A program made the position numbers and the translations under genes. A DNA stretch of 64,000 nt, from the NCBI GenBank assembly GCA_015063855.1, contig SVTI01000001.1, forward strand, positions 8,017 through 72,016, read 5' to 3'. This document shows positions 1 to 9,780 of the stretch, piece after piece. This stretch comes from Oscillospiraceae bacterium (GTDB lineage: Bacteria; Bacillota; Clostridia; Oscillospirales; CAG-272). The notes under the pieces were generated by a model. That model ran no database searches, was not told the origin of the DNA, and saw only the letters and a program-made list of their open reading frames with translations. Numbering within the stretch: position 1 is the first letter of the stretch; each line of letters starts with the position of its first letter.

Positions 1-1573
1 TACCTTCTGAATCTGCCTTGTATACCTCTGCTCTCCATTTCTTAAGAACGTTATGGAAGGTCTTTTCTGTTACCTTGTTCCATTCTATAGTTACATTCTG
101 AGCTTCGGGAACTACGTAACGAGCATTTGTTTCAACTTCTTCAAGTGTATACGGTGTATCACCCGATATCAGTACGTCTTTGAAATATGCTTTGCCGCTA
201 TCATCGGTAACGGCATACAGATCTACTTTTTCTCCCGAAAGAGCGGTTCCGTATAGATGGAACTTGATACCTGTAACAAAACCGTCTTCTGAGGTTTTAG
301 TTACGGTGAGATCACCTCTTTTAAGAGTATTACTAAACGTTACCGTTGCCGTCTGTCCGCTTGTTACGGTAACCGTCTGTGAATTCTGAGGTTCATATCT
401 GTTGTCTACCTCTTCGGTTACGGTATATGTGCCGAGAAGTAACTGTTTTTCTATAATGCCTTGTGTATTAGTAGTGACGATTTCATCTACACCGTTTCCG
501 GTTATTTTGAATTTAACTCCCGATATCTTACCATCCTCGGAGCTTTTTATTATCTTTACGGTTCCGTAGATTTCGGTATTAAAGTTTGCATAGAAACGTA
601 TAGGATCGGATACGCCTGTTATCATCGCCTGGTTTCCTACGTTACCCCATACAAGAAGCTTGTCTCCGTATAGGGTAATATTCTTTTTGTATTCCATCAA
701 TGCGGCTGTGGTTATCATTGAATTTGAGGTGAAGGTGTATTTGTTACCACTTCGTGTAACGGTAATACCGCTTTCACTTGTAGCAGATATGTCTATATTA
801 GTGCTATTTGTATCTGTAAGCGTTAAAGAGTATTTCTTTGTTGCGGTATCGTATTTGAGCGTATGTGTCGGTGCATTATCTCTGTTAGATGAAGCGAAGG
901 ATGGAATTGTCGCATGCTTTGTCATCTGTGATAATATCCAATTGTATGCCAGCTCTGCAGGTCTGCCTTTTATCTCGCTATAGAACTTATCTGCAGTTAA
1001 AGCTCCGTTTGCTATTCTTGTGGTGGGATTAGTCCTTATACCTTGCTGATATTCCCAAATAATTATCTGTGTAGCAAGAGAGTAATCATCCTCATTTATA
1101 CCCGATATGGGCAAGCTCTTACCGGGATGCCATCCGTACACCGTTGTCAGCATTATACCTCTCTTTACTGTCATAGGGAGCATATTGAAATATGCGTTGT
1201 TTTCTGCATTTTGGGATACGTATGTGTCAGAACCTCGGGCAATATCCACACCGTATTCTATACACAATGCCTGCATAGATTCACCGTTTTCGATTATCAT
1301 CAGCTTTGCTCTGACAGAACCGACCTGTCCTTCCTGAATATACGTACCGCCGTCCGAACGGTAACGTAAGCAATAGTTATTATCGTTTACGTAATACTTG
1401 CCGCCGTCATAGCCTATATAGGCGCTGCCGTAATCCGAGTCAACCGTCTGTGACTCGCTTGTTGTAAAGGCAAAAGAACTTATTGCAGAAAGGGGAAGGA
1501 GGGTTACTGTCATAACTATTGTAAGTATCAGGGACAGTAACCTTTTTGAGAAGTGATTGAGATTAGATTTCAT
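1..1573 (-). CDS. Surface adhesin, N-terminal part: signal peptide, thioester (TQXA-type) domain, CnaB/SpaA-fold repeats; ORF runs off the left edge
   Basis: Absent from the ORF track because it has no stop in the window. Manual minus-strand translation from ATG 1573 (AAGGA upstream) gives MKSNLNHFSKRLLSLILTIVMTVTLLPLSAISSFA. It contains the Cys motif QALCIEYGV and the Gln motif LATQIIIWEYQ. CnaB-like repeats follow (GTVKIIKSSEDGKISGVKFKITG, GDLTVTKTSEDGFVTGIKFHLYG). No stop was seen down to position 2. Confidence 0.7.
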   Translation of the reverse strand, partial: MKSNLNHFSKRLLSLILTIVMTVTLLPLSAISSFAFTTSESQTVDSDYGSAYIGYDGGKYYVNDNNYCLRYRSDGGTYIQEGQVGSVRAKLMIIENGESMQALCIEYGVDIARGSDTYVSQNAENNAYFNMLPMTVKRGIMLTTVYGWHPGKSLPISGINEDDYSLATQIIIWEYQQGIRTNPTTRIANGALTADKFYSEIKGRPAELAYNWILSQMTKHATIPSFASSNRDNAPTHTLKYDTATKKYSLTLTDTNSTNIDISATSESGITVTRSGNKYTFTSNSMITTAALMEYKKNITLYGDKLLVWGNVGNQAMITGVSDPIRFYANFNTEIYGTVKIIKSSEDGKISGVKFKITGNGVDEIVTTNTQGIIEKQLLLGTYTVTEEVDNRYEPQNSQTVTVTSGQTATVTFSNTLKRGDLTVTKTSEDGFVTGIKFHLYGTALSGEKVDLYAVTDDSGKAYFKDVLISGDTPYTLEEVETNARYVVPEAQNVTIEWNKVTEKTFHNVLKKWRAEVYKADSEG

Positions 1574-1645
1574 ATCTTTATCCTTTCTTGAAAATATTTA
1601 AGCCCCTTGCTTTTTTGGCAAGAGGCTAATTTACTTTGTATTTGA

Positions 1646-2446
1646 TTAGTGGAGAAAATATATTTCATATCCGCCGGATATGGGTCTAATATATATGGTG
1701 AAGTCGGTAATAGGTTCTCCGCCGTATATTTCATATCCCACGTATGAGGAAACATAATCATATAGGCTACGCTTCAATGTTTCACCGCTAAAAGAGGAGG
1801 ATGCTATAATAGGAATTTCCCAAGAGGAATTGTCGGGAGTGACTACCGTTCCGTCCTTATAGTTTGTCCTATGCCTAAAGCCTAAACTTTGTACATATGA
1901 AATGAGTTCTGAACGTATCTTCTCGATATCAAACGGCATATCATATGCACTTTTAGGTGTAGGTGGTTCGGTATCAATGGCAGCTGTTGTTTCTGCCAGT
2001 TTTGTGGTTTCAGGCGGTACTGTTTCTTTAGGACGTTGAGTTGTAACGGGCGGTGGGTAAGTTTCTTTTGGAACTGTGGTTTCAACCGCTTTGGTGGTGT
2101 TTTCAGGAAGCTTCGTGTTTTTTGGTTTATCTGTGCTTTTAGTGGTTTCTGACTTTACCGTATCCGTAGCGGGAGTTTTAGTAGTTGGAACGGTGGATTT
2201 TGTTGTGTCGGACGTTTTTACCATTGTAGTATCGTATGTTGTAACACTTTCTTCTTTACCGGCTGAGAAAGAAATGGTATCATCCGTATCTTCAACTATC
2301 GGCTCTGTTTTAAGTGACAACTGACTTCTGTCCTTTTCGTTGAGTATTATTTCACCTGTATCAACTGCGACTTCGGTATTATCAGCTTTTGAACAGCCTG
2401 TAAGTAATATGAGTAGTGCAAGTGTTGTAAATATGAGCTTTTTCAT
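1646..2446 (-). CDS. Lipoprotein with Thr/Pro/Lys-rich linker
   Basis: N-terminus MKKLIFTTLALLILLTGCSK carries a lipobox (LTGC). The central region is low-complexity TTKxT/PPxTT. AGGAGG lies upstream of the ATG. Confidence 0.7.
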   Translation of the reverse strand: MKKLIFTTLALLILLTGCSKADNTEVAVDTGEIILNEKDRSQLSLKTEPIVEDTDDTISFSAGKEESVTTYDTTMVKTSDTTKSTVPTTKTPATDTVKSETTKSTDKPKNTKLPENTTKAVETTVPKETYPPPVTTQRPKETVPPETTKLAETTAAIDTEPPTPKSAYDMPFDIEKIRSELISYVQSLGFRHRTNYKDGTVVTPDNSSWEIPIIASSSFSGETLKRSLYDYVSSYVGYEIYGGEPITDFTIYIRPISGGYEIYFLH

Positions 2447-2624
2447 TGTACATACCTCCTTTTGATGACATTTTACTTGAAACTATACTTTTGAGCAAAT
2501 GTATGTTTTCTTTCTCAGCCGGTAACAGCAGGTAATTCAGGGGGAGAGGTGTGGAGAGGGGGAGAAGCAGAGTCCACCCATTTCAGCTACCGTAAAAACA
2601 AACATTTACCCCTTGTCCGAGGAG

Positions 2625-3545
2625 TTATCTTTGCATATCTCTTTGGCGCTTGCGGTACAGCTCCAAAGCTTTTATTATCGTATCTTCGATTTTCTGTGCG
2701 GGCGTCCCCGGTGCGAAATACTTGCTGATACGTTCTGTTGGTATCTTTAGTTTTTCTTTTTGATTAGGTTTTTCCTCCTGTATTATTGATAAGATAACTT
2801 CCTCTGTGAGCTTGCCTGCTTTAGAGAAGTTTCTCATTTTGATCGCTTGAGCATGTGAGGGTGTACAGTCCTCCAACTCCATTGTTTCATACAACATCTT
2901 TTGCTCATGCTCGGTTAAATATGATAATTCCACCGCAGGCCGCATTGCGATCTTGTTTTCATCTACCATATCTAATATTTCGGGGATTAGGTTGGTTAGG
3001 CGGATGAAACGATATACTTGGTCTCGACTATCTCCGGTATTTTTGCCAAGTTCTGAGGCTGTATCTAACTTTGTCGCCATTGGCGACGAAGTTAGATCTG
3101 TTCGCTGGCCTTGTCTTCTCATAGCATCAAGCTTCATTTTGTAGGCAAATGCTTTCTCTGAGGGTAATAAAACATCCCTTTGAAGATTTGAATCAACCAT
3201 AATGATGGTTGCTTCATCATCGCTTAACTCTCTTACAATGCACGAAATACTTGTTTTACCTGCAAGCTCACTTGCTTTCTTTCTCCTGTGTCCGGCTATC
3301 ATTTCATAACTACCGTCCTCTTTCGGTCGTACAAGAGCAGGGACCAAGACTCCGTAATCTCTTATACTTTCTGCCATTTCGGTCAGAGCATCGTCCACTT
3401 TCACCTTAAATGGATGATTTGGAAAATCCGATATGTCCGAAAGAGGTATATCCATTACCGTTTCACGGTTGGCATTGTCTCGTTCTTCCTGTGTAGTGAA
3501 TAGCTCATCTACCGATGTCAACAGACCTTTTGCGCTTCTTGTCAT
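2625..3545 (-). CDS. parB: ParB/Spo0J-like partition or nuclease-domain protein
   Basis: Shows ParB N-terminal domain hallmarks ([25 protein letters not shown]). It overlaps the 3' end of the upstream ParA gene. Confidence 0.85.
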   Translation of the reverse strand: MTRSAKGLLTSVDELFTTQEERDNANRETVMDIPLSDISDFPNHPFKVKVDDALTEMAESIRDYGVLVPALVRPKEDGSYEMIAGHRRKKASELAGKTSISCIVRELSDDEATIIMVDSNLQRDVLLPSEKAFAYKMKLDAMRRQGQRTDLTSSPMATKLDTASELGKNTGDSRDQVYRFIRLTNLIPEILDMVDENKIAMRPAVELSYLTEHEQKMLYETMELEDCTPSHAQAIKMRNFSKAGKLTEEVILSIIQEEKPNQKEKLKIPTERISKYFAPGTPAQKIEDTIIKALELYRKRQRDMQR

Positions 3546-4326
3546 ATATTCCTTCTACCTCCTTTACAAGTTCTTTATATGCTTTAGCTGCACGACCGTT
3601 CGGATCGTGCTTAAATATGCTTTTATCGGCAGTGCTTACTTCTGCTAACCTTACGGTTGAGGGAATAACTGTATCAAAAATAGGTAAGTATTTGCCGAAG
3701 TTTTCTTTGACTGAGCTTACAATATCCTTACGGAAATTTGTTTCGTTTGCCATTGTCATAAAGACACCGCCTATCTTCAATTTAGGATTGATCTGTCTTT
3801 TAATTTGCTGGACTGTGCTGACAAGCTCGGTCATATTCTCAGCAGCTAAATAGTCTGCCTGTACCGGAATAAGGACTGTATCGGCAGCAGACAGAGCATT
3901 GATAACAAGCATACCAAGTGAGGGTCTGCAGTCGAGCAATACGTAGTCGTAATCATTCTTGATACCGTCTATATATTGCCGTAATACCGTCTCACGGCTC
4001 ATAACGTTCACAAGCGATACCTCTATCGCTGAAAGGGTATTGTTTGCCGGGACAAAAGAAAATCCTTCGTGATGACGAAGGATTTCGGGATGATCTTTCT
4101 TATATGCACCTGTTACAATATCATTAAGGCAGTTTGACAGGGTGATGGGTATTTCTTGCGGCTTTCTCTTACCGAGCATTTTTGTCAGGTCTCCTTGCGG
4201 ATCTACGTCCACAAGCAGTACCTTCTTGCCGTTCATTGCTAATCCTGCACCGAGGTTGTATACAGTAGTACTTTTACCAACCCCTCCTTTTTGATTAGCT
4301 ACGGCTATGATTTTGGTTTTGTTCAT
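3505..4326 (-). CDS. parA: ParA/Soj-family partition ATPase
   Basis: Deviant Walker A motif: [25 protein letters not shown]. Confidence 0.9.
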   Translation of the reverse strand: MNKTKIIAVANQKGGVGKSTTVYNLGAGLAMNGKKVLLVDVDPQGDLTKMLGKRKPQEIPITLSNCLNDIVTGAYKKDHPEILRHHEGFSFVPANNTLSAIEVSLVNVMSRETVLRQYIDGIKNDYDYVLLDCRPSLGMLVINALSAADTVLIPVQADYLAAENMTELVSTVQQIKRQINPKLKIGGVFMTMANETNFRKDIVSSVKENFGKYLPIFDTVIPSTVRLAEVSTADKSIFKHDPNGRAAKAYKELVKEVEGIYDKKRKRSVDIGR

Positions 4327-4474
4327 TTTGCCCTCCTATTTCAAAATATATTTGATTTAATATTATACATGTTGAAAGTAAACATTCACTTCAAAGAATA
4401 TGGCTAACCACTTGAAATGGTTATCCGATTAGACTATAATAGAAGAAATTAATTATTTCTTGAGGTACTATTAT

Positions 4475-5480
4475 ATGAAAAAAAATACTGCCGTTCAAAT
4501 TAACCGATTATTTATTTACTTATAATTATGGAGTTCATTATTATGGGATATTACTGAATAATCCCGAGGGAGTAAAACAACTTTATAATCAATATGTCAT
4601 ACCTTATTTATTCGATGATGGCTCATATCAAGAAATCAATTATTATTTTTTGTCTGATGAAACACCTGTAACATTTGATCCCAATAATGGGTTACCACCA
4701 ATTTATGAGGAAAAAATTGTTTTAAATAAAGAAACGGGTAAATCTCTAATTGATAGGAAATTAGAGTTGATCAACCTTGTAAAGAATTCCATTGATGACG
4801 AAAAGTATTTTATAGGTTGGTGGGATGAGTTTTATATTCCAGAGACCCAATTTTATCATAGTTTTAACTTTTCTCACGATTATTGCATAATTGGATATGA
4901 TGATTGCTGCTTTTATTGTGCTGGATATTATTCAGGATATCCCAAAGTAATAACAGTAACATATAATGATTTTTTTGAAGCCAATGAAGCACTTACTATC
5001 AATCACGCATTATTATGGAAACGTAATCCAAATTATATTTTTAATTTTGACCTTAACCTTGTCATTCGAGGTTTAGAATCATATATAACTGGCAAAGTAC
5101 CGAATACTGAAAAAAGGGATTATTCTTCGCATGTTTTTGGAAAGAATGTATTGCTTAAATTATCAGAGATGATTGAAAAGAATAATTGTGTTGATATTAG
5201 GTTTATTCACACAATAAAGCAGCAAAAACTACTAATGAAGATGCGTGTGGAATATATCTACAATCTTTATAATTTTTCCGACTCAAATGAGTTAGAGGTT
5301 ATTAATTCTATATATCAGCAAATACAACATATTTTTAATTTATGTTTAAAGTTAAACCTTACTGGAGAATCATACATTAGTAGTAAGATTTCTAGAAAAT
5401 TAAATGATATTGTAGCATCGGAGGAAAAGATATATCCTGTCCTTGAATGTAAATTTAAACATATCTTAGATAATAAATAA
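4475..5480 (+). pseudogene. Hypothetical protein (~335 aa if repaired), frame broken in an A8 run right after the start codon
   Basis: ATG 4475 with a GAGG RBS, then A8 at 4478-4485. The frame of track ORF 4650..5480 stays open upstream to 4479 with no start codon (..KKILPFKLTDYLFTYNYGVHYYGILLNNPEGVKQLYNQYVIPYLFDDGSYQEINYYF-LSDETP..). Removing one A joins the two parts. I recognise no family. Confidence 0.5.
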
Positions 5481-5851
5481 TTAATTAACTCAATTATGAT
5501 CATAATTGCCGGATATAATGGTGGTTTACGATAACTATATCGGAACATTCCATGTGTTAAATCTATGGGCTGGTCAAACGTTCCGTTTGCAAATGTTACT
5601 TTTGCTACAGAGATATTAACTTTAATCTAAAAATCCCCCAGTTAAACGGAGGCAGTAAAAAGTTATAGTTTGAGAGATTCTTGTATTAAACAACTTTTCG
5701 TCCACCACATTGTGGTTCTTCATATCCAGTAGAAAATAGCTATTGTATTCCTTTTCACTCAAATAAATTATTAGCGAGAATCTAAAGTGTTTTGGAACCA
5801 CTAATACACTTTTTGTAGTTCCGTTATATAATAAAAAAACCAAACAGTTTA

Positions 5852-6562
5852 TTACAAACTGCTTGGTTTTTCTCGTTGATTTTCACCTAAAACATCGTCC
5901 AAGGTTAGAATATTCACAGAATCCTCTGTAAAATACTTGTCTTCTGGATATATAGGTTCTAAATCCCTATTTTCTAATAAGAACTTGTATCTGCAATTGC
6001 GTTCGATCATTTTCAATATATGTGCGATAGACAATAAATTATATGCACCATCTTGCCTTATTTGATAGAGTTCCCATTCCCATTCTATTCGCTCGGTTAT
6101 TGATATTGGTATTTCTTTTTCAAAAATTTGCTCGTCTTGTTTAATAACATGACCAAAAACCTGTTTTGATATAGGTTTTCCGGAGAACGCATAATCAACT
6201 CTACCAAGAATAAATGCACGTAATACAGACAGTGCTACCGTTATGGCTAAAGACTCATTAAAAGGCCAGTACTTTAATTGTCCGTTAATATCGGACTGAT
6301 AATATAATATATCTATCTTTTTTATTGGTTTTGTTTTTAAGATAGCAATCATTATTGCAGCCGCAACTTTATGTCTATTTAGATAAGAATTTTTATCATG
6401 CATATAAAACTCTTTAGCATGTCTAGTTATCTCATCATAATGAAGCTTGAAAGTACCTTTTTCACTATCAGGGCAAATTAACCCTCCGTGAGTCTGATTC
6501 ATTTCTGAATATGTTGGTACAACCAACTTAGTCCATATATTATTTAACGTACTCTCTTTCAT
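5852..6562 (-). CDS. Hypothetical cytosolic protein (ICE cargo)
   Basis: 236-aa ORF, AT-rich. Its last codons form part of a terminator hairpin (5836-5872). Confidence 0.55.
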   Translation of the reverse strand: MKESTLNNIWTKLVVPTYSEMNQTHGGLICPDSEKGTFKLHYDEITRHAKEFYMHDKNSYLNRHKVAAAIMIAILKTKPIKKIDILYYQSDINGQLKYWPFNESLAITVALSVLRAFILGRVDYAFSGKPISKQVFGHVIKQDEQIFEKEIPISITERIEWEWELYQIRQDGAYNLLSIAHILKMIERNCRYKFLLENRDLEPIYPEDKYFTEDSVNILTLDDVLGENQREKPSSL

Positions 6563-6594
6563 TTTTGATCACCAACTCATCAATTATACTTGTC

Positions 6595-6798
6595 TCACTT
6601 ATCTCCACTTGGTACATGAATATTAGTTAAAATGAGATATCGATCGCATACATCATCTAAATGTATATCACCATTATACGCTTTATTTCTCGAATATGTT
6701 TTTTTATTTTTTATAGTATTATTGTATGCTAATAGAATAGAAATTAGAAATCCTATTACACCTACTAATACAGTTATTATTACAACTACAATATCCAT
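6595..6798 (-). CDS. Small single-pass membrane protein
   Basis: 67 aa with N-terminal TM helix MDIVVVIITVLVGVIGFLISILLAY. It lies between two co-directional ORFs. Confidence 0.4.
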   Translation of the reverse strand: MDIVVVIITVLVGVIGFLISILLAYNNTIKNKKTYSRNKAYNGDIHLDDVCDRYLILTNIHVPSGDK

Positions 6799-6839
6799 AA
6801 TTAATTATTTATTCCTCAATTCCATACAACATAAGTGCG

Positions 6840-7244
6840 TTATGATTGTTGACCATCTGTACTTCTATTATACCACTGACATATTGAAACAAATATCGGG
6901 TAACCCTTTATAGGAATACATATAACTGGACATGCAACCAAAACGGTTTTCCACACCAATGAAATGGAGGGCACCTCTTTAACTACAGATAAATAAGACA
7001 ATAGTACAATTAAATATATGACAGCTATTATAAAAAAAACAATTGTTACAACAATAAGCCATTTTTTATGAAAACTCATTGTCTGCATTGTTTCTATGTA
7101 GTCTATGGCAACTGGAAAGAAATAAATTAATGCTGCAACTACAATCCATGAGGAATCACCAGCCCATAATGCAAACACATATGATACATATGCAACAACA
7201 GTAAAAATAAACGAAATAACCGCGCCTGTAACAGACTTGGACAA
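6840..7244 (-). CDS. Hypothetical integral membrane protein (about 4 TM)
   Basis: 134 aa, with four hydrophobic segments. Confidence 0.55.
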   Translation of the reverse strand: MSKSVTGAVISFIFTVVAYVSYVFALWAGDSSWIVVAALIYFFPVAIDYIETMQTMSFHKKWLIVVTIVFFIIAVIYLIVLLSYLSVVKEVPSISLVWKTVLVACPVICIPIKGYPIFVSICQWYNRSTDGQQS

Positions 7245-7710
7245 ATTATATCACATCCCAAATGTCGAATTAGTTCTATATTTATCCTAGTATAGCACTT
7301 TTGTTTAACAAAAGCAACACTAATTTAAACATTTTTCTGCATTTTTGTGTGTTTTTTTACACTTTTGTATCATTAGAACTATATTAATAGCATTATATAA
7401 GTGATTTAAACCTTTGTCATCATCCTTTTGAAAATGTATACTACCGCAATTGTTTTACTATAAATATTTATCTTATAATTATCTTTGATTTCTTCTATGT
7501 TCATCACAACTATCCCCTATAATAATGAAAATCAACCACAATATAAACTTAAAATAATTCGGAGTTGTTGTAAGATAAACGAAAACACCGGAGTTCCTAA
7601 CGATAGAAACAATCGGTGTTTTGGTAGTGAACAATATGTCTAGAGGTTATTTGTTTTGATTCTGTAAGTTATGTAATTGCTCATAACGGACAAGGGGGTT
7701 AGTAAGTCAC

Positions 7711-7728
7711 ATCTCTCCTTCTCCGCCA
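7711..7728 (+). repeat. 18-bp copy of the tRNA-Ser(GCU) 3' end (atctctccttctccgcca); candidate att junction of the left element
   Basis: Exact match to 39506-39523 of the tRNA gene in this window. It sits at the AT-rich to GC-rich transition. Confidence 0.6.
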
Positions 7729-7730
7729 AG

Positions 7731-7762
7731 AAAAAGGACACCTTTGGGTGTCCTTTTTTCTT
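7731..7762 (+). terminator. Rho-independent terminator hairpin (aaaaaggacacc ttt gggtgtcctttttt)
   Basis: Perfect GGACACC/GGTGTCC stem flanked by an A-run and a T-run. Near-identical hairpins recur at 48763-48795 and 49613-49643. Confidence 0.6.
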
Positions 7763-7878
7763 GTCAAACAAATCCGGAGAATCGAAAAGCCAGTAAAAGG
7801 CGAAGTCTTTTGTCTTATACATTCTTATCCTATAATACACAAAAATCCGACAGGAGTTCACTGTCGGATTTTTAATTG

Positions 7879-9612
7879 TTAATTAAAGATAATACATGCA
7901 GTTTCGGAGTTAAGTGTATTACCCTCGTCATCAATGATAATTATACGGTAACGCCCATTATAATCACGATCCTCAAAATCCGCTATAAAGGTAACATCGA
8001 TAATAAGAGAATCGGTAGTCTCCTTTTGGAGCAACACCCACTTTCTTCTGAGATCGCTGAAATATTCGATACGATAGGTGTAGGGAGCAGTACCGTAGTC
8101 TGACACAAGCTTGGTATAAAGTCTGACGTCATCACCCGTTGCGCTTACAGAAATCTCAGCAGGAAGATCATCCGCAAATGCCATTGCAGTAAGAGTGAAT
8201 GACGTTATCGGAGAATATGCCGTCATACCCTCTGAATCGGTAACCTTACAACGGAAGGTGTCATAATACTCGGCTATGTGACCCGTCACCGTAACCTCAA
8301 AACTTTCACCATCAAGCATACCAAATTCGGCTCTGTCGAGACTTGATACCGACACCCATTCATTATTATATAATACCTCCCATTCGTAGGTATAGGGTGC
8401 TGTACCGCCCTTAGGATCAACGCTAAGAGTATTTATGGTATTAGGTTCTACAGCCAAAGTCTTTTCCTCATAATCAAACCACAGAGGATAATTTATACTT
8501 ACCGTATCGGAGGTAAGGCGCTGTGCAAGAGCGTCGACAGCAACACATCTGAACTGAGCATCTGCTTTTCTGTACTCCTCGGTTACCGTAAAGCTGTAGC
8601 TTGAAGCTATAGCTCCCGAAATATCCTCGAAGCCGTTACCGTAGTCGATCTGCCACTGATATCCTATAGAAGGCTTACCACCTGTAGTCTCAACCATAAA
8701 GGTAGCCGTATCGCCTATATCTGCCTTAACACTTACGGGCTGTATTTTTATTTCAAAGGGATCAGGAATCAAAACGGGGATGATGCGTTCCTCGGTTATA
8801 CCGCATTTGTTACAGCTTCTTACATCCTTGCCTTCGTCATCATAAGTAGGGAGAACGCTTACAGACCAATCACCAAAAAGGTGTCCTAAAGCAGGAATAG
8901 TCTCAGTCTGCATTTCCCCGCATTCACACACACGGGTGTTTATACCATCATCAGTGCAGGTTGCCGGAGAGGTTTCCTTCCATTCACCGAAGATATGCTC
9001 ATGAGGCGGCTCCTTGAAGGCTCTGTAAAGGAAGGTAACTATCTGAGAACGGTCACAGATCATAAGGGGACTGAACTTGTTACCGCCCGTACCTGTGGTA
9101 ATTCCCTTCTCTACCGCCCAAAGAACTGCTTCGGCATAATATGCGGTATCGGATACGTCTGAAAAGGGATTATCTGCTTCAACCCTTTCATTACCCGTAG
9201 CTCTCCAAAGGAAGGTAACTATCTGAGAGCGGTCACATTTCATAAGAGGAGAGAACTTACCGTTTCCCGTACCGGAGGTAATTCCCTTCTCTACCGCCCA
9301 GAGGACTGCCTTATAATAATATGCATCAGCCTTAACATCCCCAAAGGGATTTTCAGCAGACGTGGGTTCAGGTGAGCCTGCAGCACGCCAGAGGAAGGTT
9401 ACCGCCTGAGAACGGTCACAGGTCATCTTGGGAGCAAAGGTAGTAGCGGAGGTACCGGTCGTTATAGCTTTTTCTACCGCCCAAACAACAGCCTCCTCAT
9501 AATATGCCCCTTCGGGAACATCCTTGAAAGGATGACTCGAAGCAAGCACGGTGATTCCGAAGCACTGCAGTGCAAACACGAGTACAACAAGAATTGATAA
9601 TATTCTCTTCAT
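7879..9612 (-). CDS. Cell-wall-associated protein: signal peptide, 3 SLH-like repeats, Cys-rich modules, Ig-like repeats
   Basis: Start moved to MKRILSILVVLVFALQCFG (AGGAGA RBS). There are three repeats of the form F.DV....YY..AV.WAVEKGIT.GT....F.P...CDRSQ.VTFLWRA. The CxC/CxxC modules are TRVCECGEM and SCNKCGI. Repeats carry GGTAPYTYEWE and YGTAPYTYRIEY. Confidence 0.7.
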   Translation of the reverse strand: MKRILSILVVLVFALQCFGITVLASSHPFKDVPEGAYYEEAVVWAVEKAITTGTSATTFAPKMTCDRSQAVTFLWRAAGSPEPTSAENPFGDVKADAYYYKAVLWAVEKGITSGTGNGKFSPLMKCDRSQIVTFLWRATGNERVEADNPFSDVSDTAYYAEAVLWAVEKGITTGTGGNKFSPLMICDRSQIVTFLYRAFKEPPHEHIFGEWKETSPATCTDDGINTRVCECGEMQTETIPALGHLFGDWSVSVLPTYDDEGKDVRSCNKCGITEERIIPVLIPDPFEIKIQPVSVKADIGDTATFMVETTGGKPSIGYQWQIDYGNGFEDISGAIASSYSFTVTEEYRKADAQFRCVAVDALAQRLTSDTVSINYPLWFDYEEKTLAVEPNTINTLSVDPKGGTAPYTYEWEVLYNNEWVSVSSLDRAEFGMLDGESFEVTVTGHIAEYYDTFRCKVTDSEGMTAYSPITSFTLTAMAFADDLPAEISVSATGDDVRLYTKLVSDYGTAPYTYRIEYFSDLRRKWVLLQKETTDSLIIDVTFIADFEDRDYNGRYRIIIIDDEGNTLNSETACIIFN

Positions 9613-9721
9613 GGTTTTTCTCCTGATATCGATATGTAATAATCTTTCATATATATTTATTATACCATACAGTACGCCAATGTCAACCACCCCATTATTA
9701 ATAAATGTGGAAAAAACTGTT

Positions 9722-9765
9722 TTTCAAAAGAAAACCGTATCGATACCAAGATACCGATACGGTTT
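9722..9765 (-). terminator. Terminator of the mdh-to-permease operon
   Basis: 11-bp stem aaaccgtatcg/cgatacggttt, followed on the minus strand by a U-rich tract. Confidence 0.6.
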
Positions 9766-9780
9766 AATTTTGTTTTCATC

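Larger units (their letters stand above)
1..7728. mobile_element. Right-hand end of an integrated conjugative-type element (adhesin, lipoprotein, ParB, ParA, AT-rich cargo); boundary placed at a tRNA-Ser 3'-end copy
   Basis: Gene content typical of Firmicute ICE ends. Composition is visibly AT-rich from about 4350 to 7700. An 18-bp tRNA-Ser 3'-end copy at 7711-7728 is followed by a terminator and then GC-richer core genes. The left boundary lies outside the window. Confidence 0.5.

Noticed and set aside
5622-5843. A 73-aa ORF downstream of the 236-aa cargo gene.
   Set aside because: It starts inside or after the terminator hairpin of the upstream gene, has no RBS, and its sequence is implausible.
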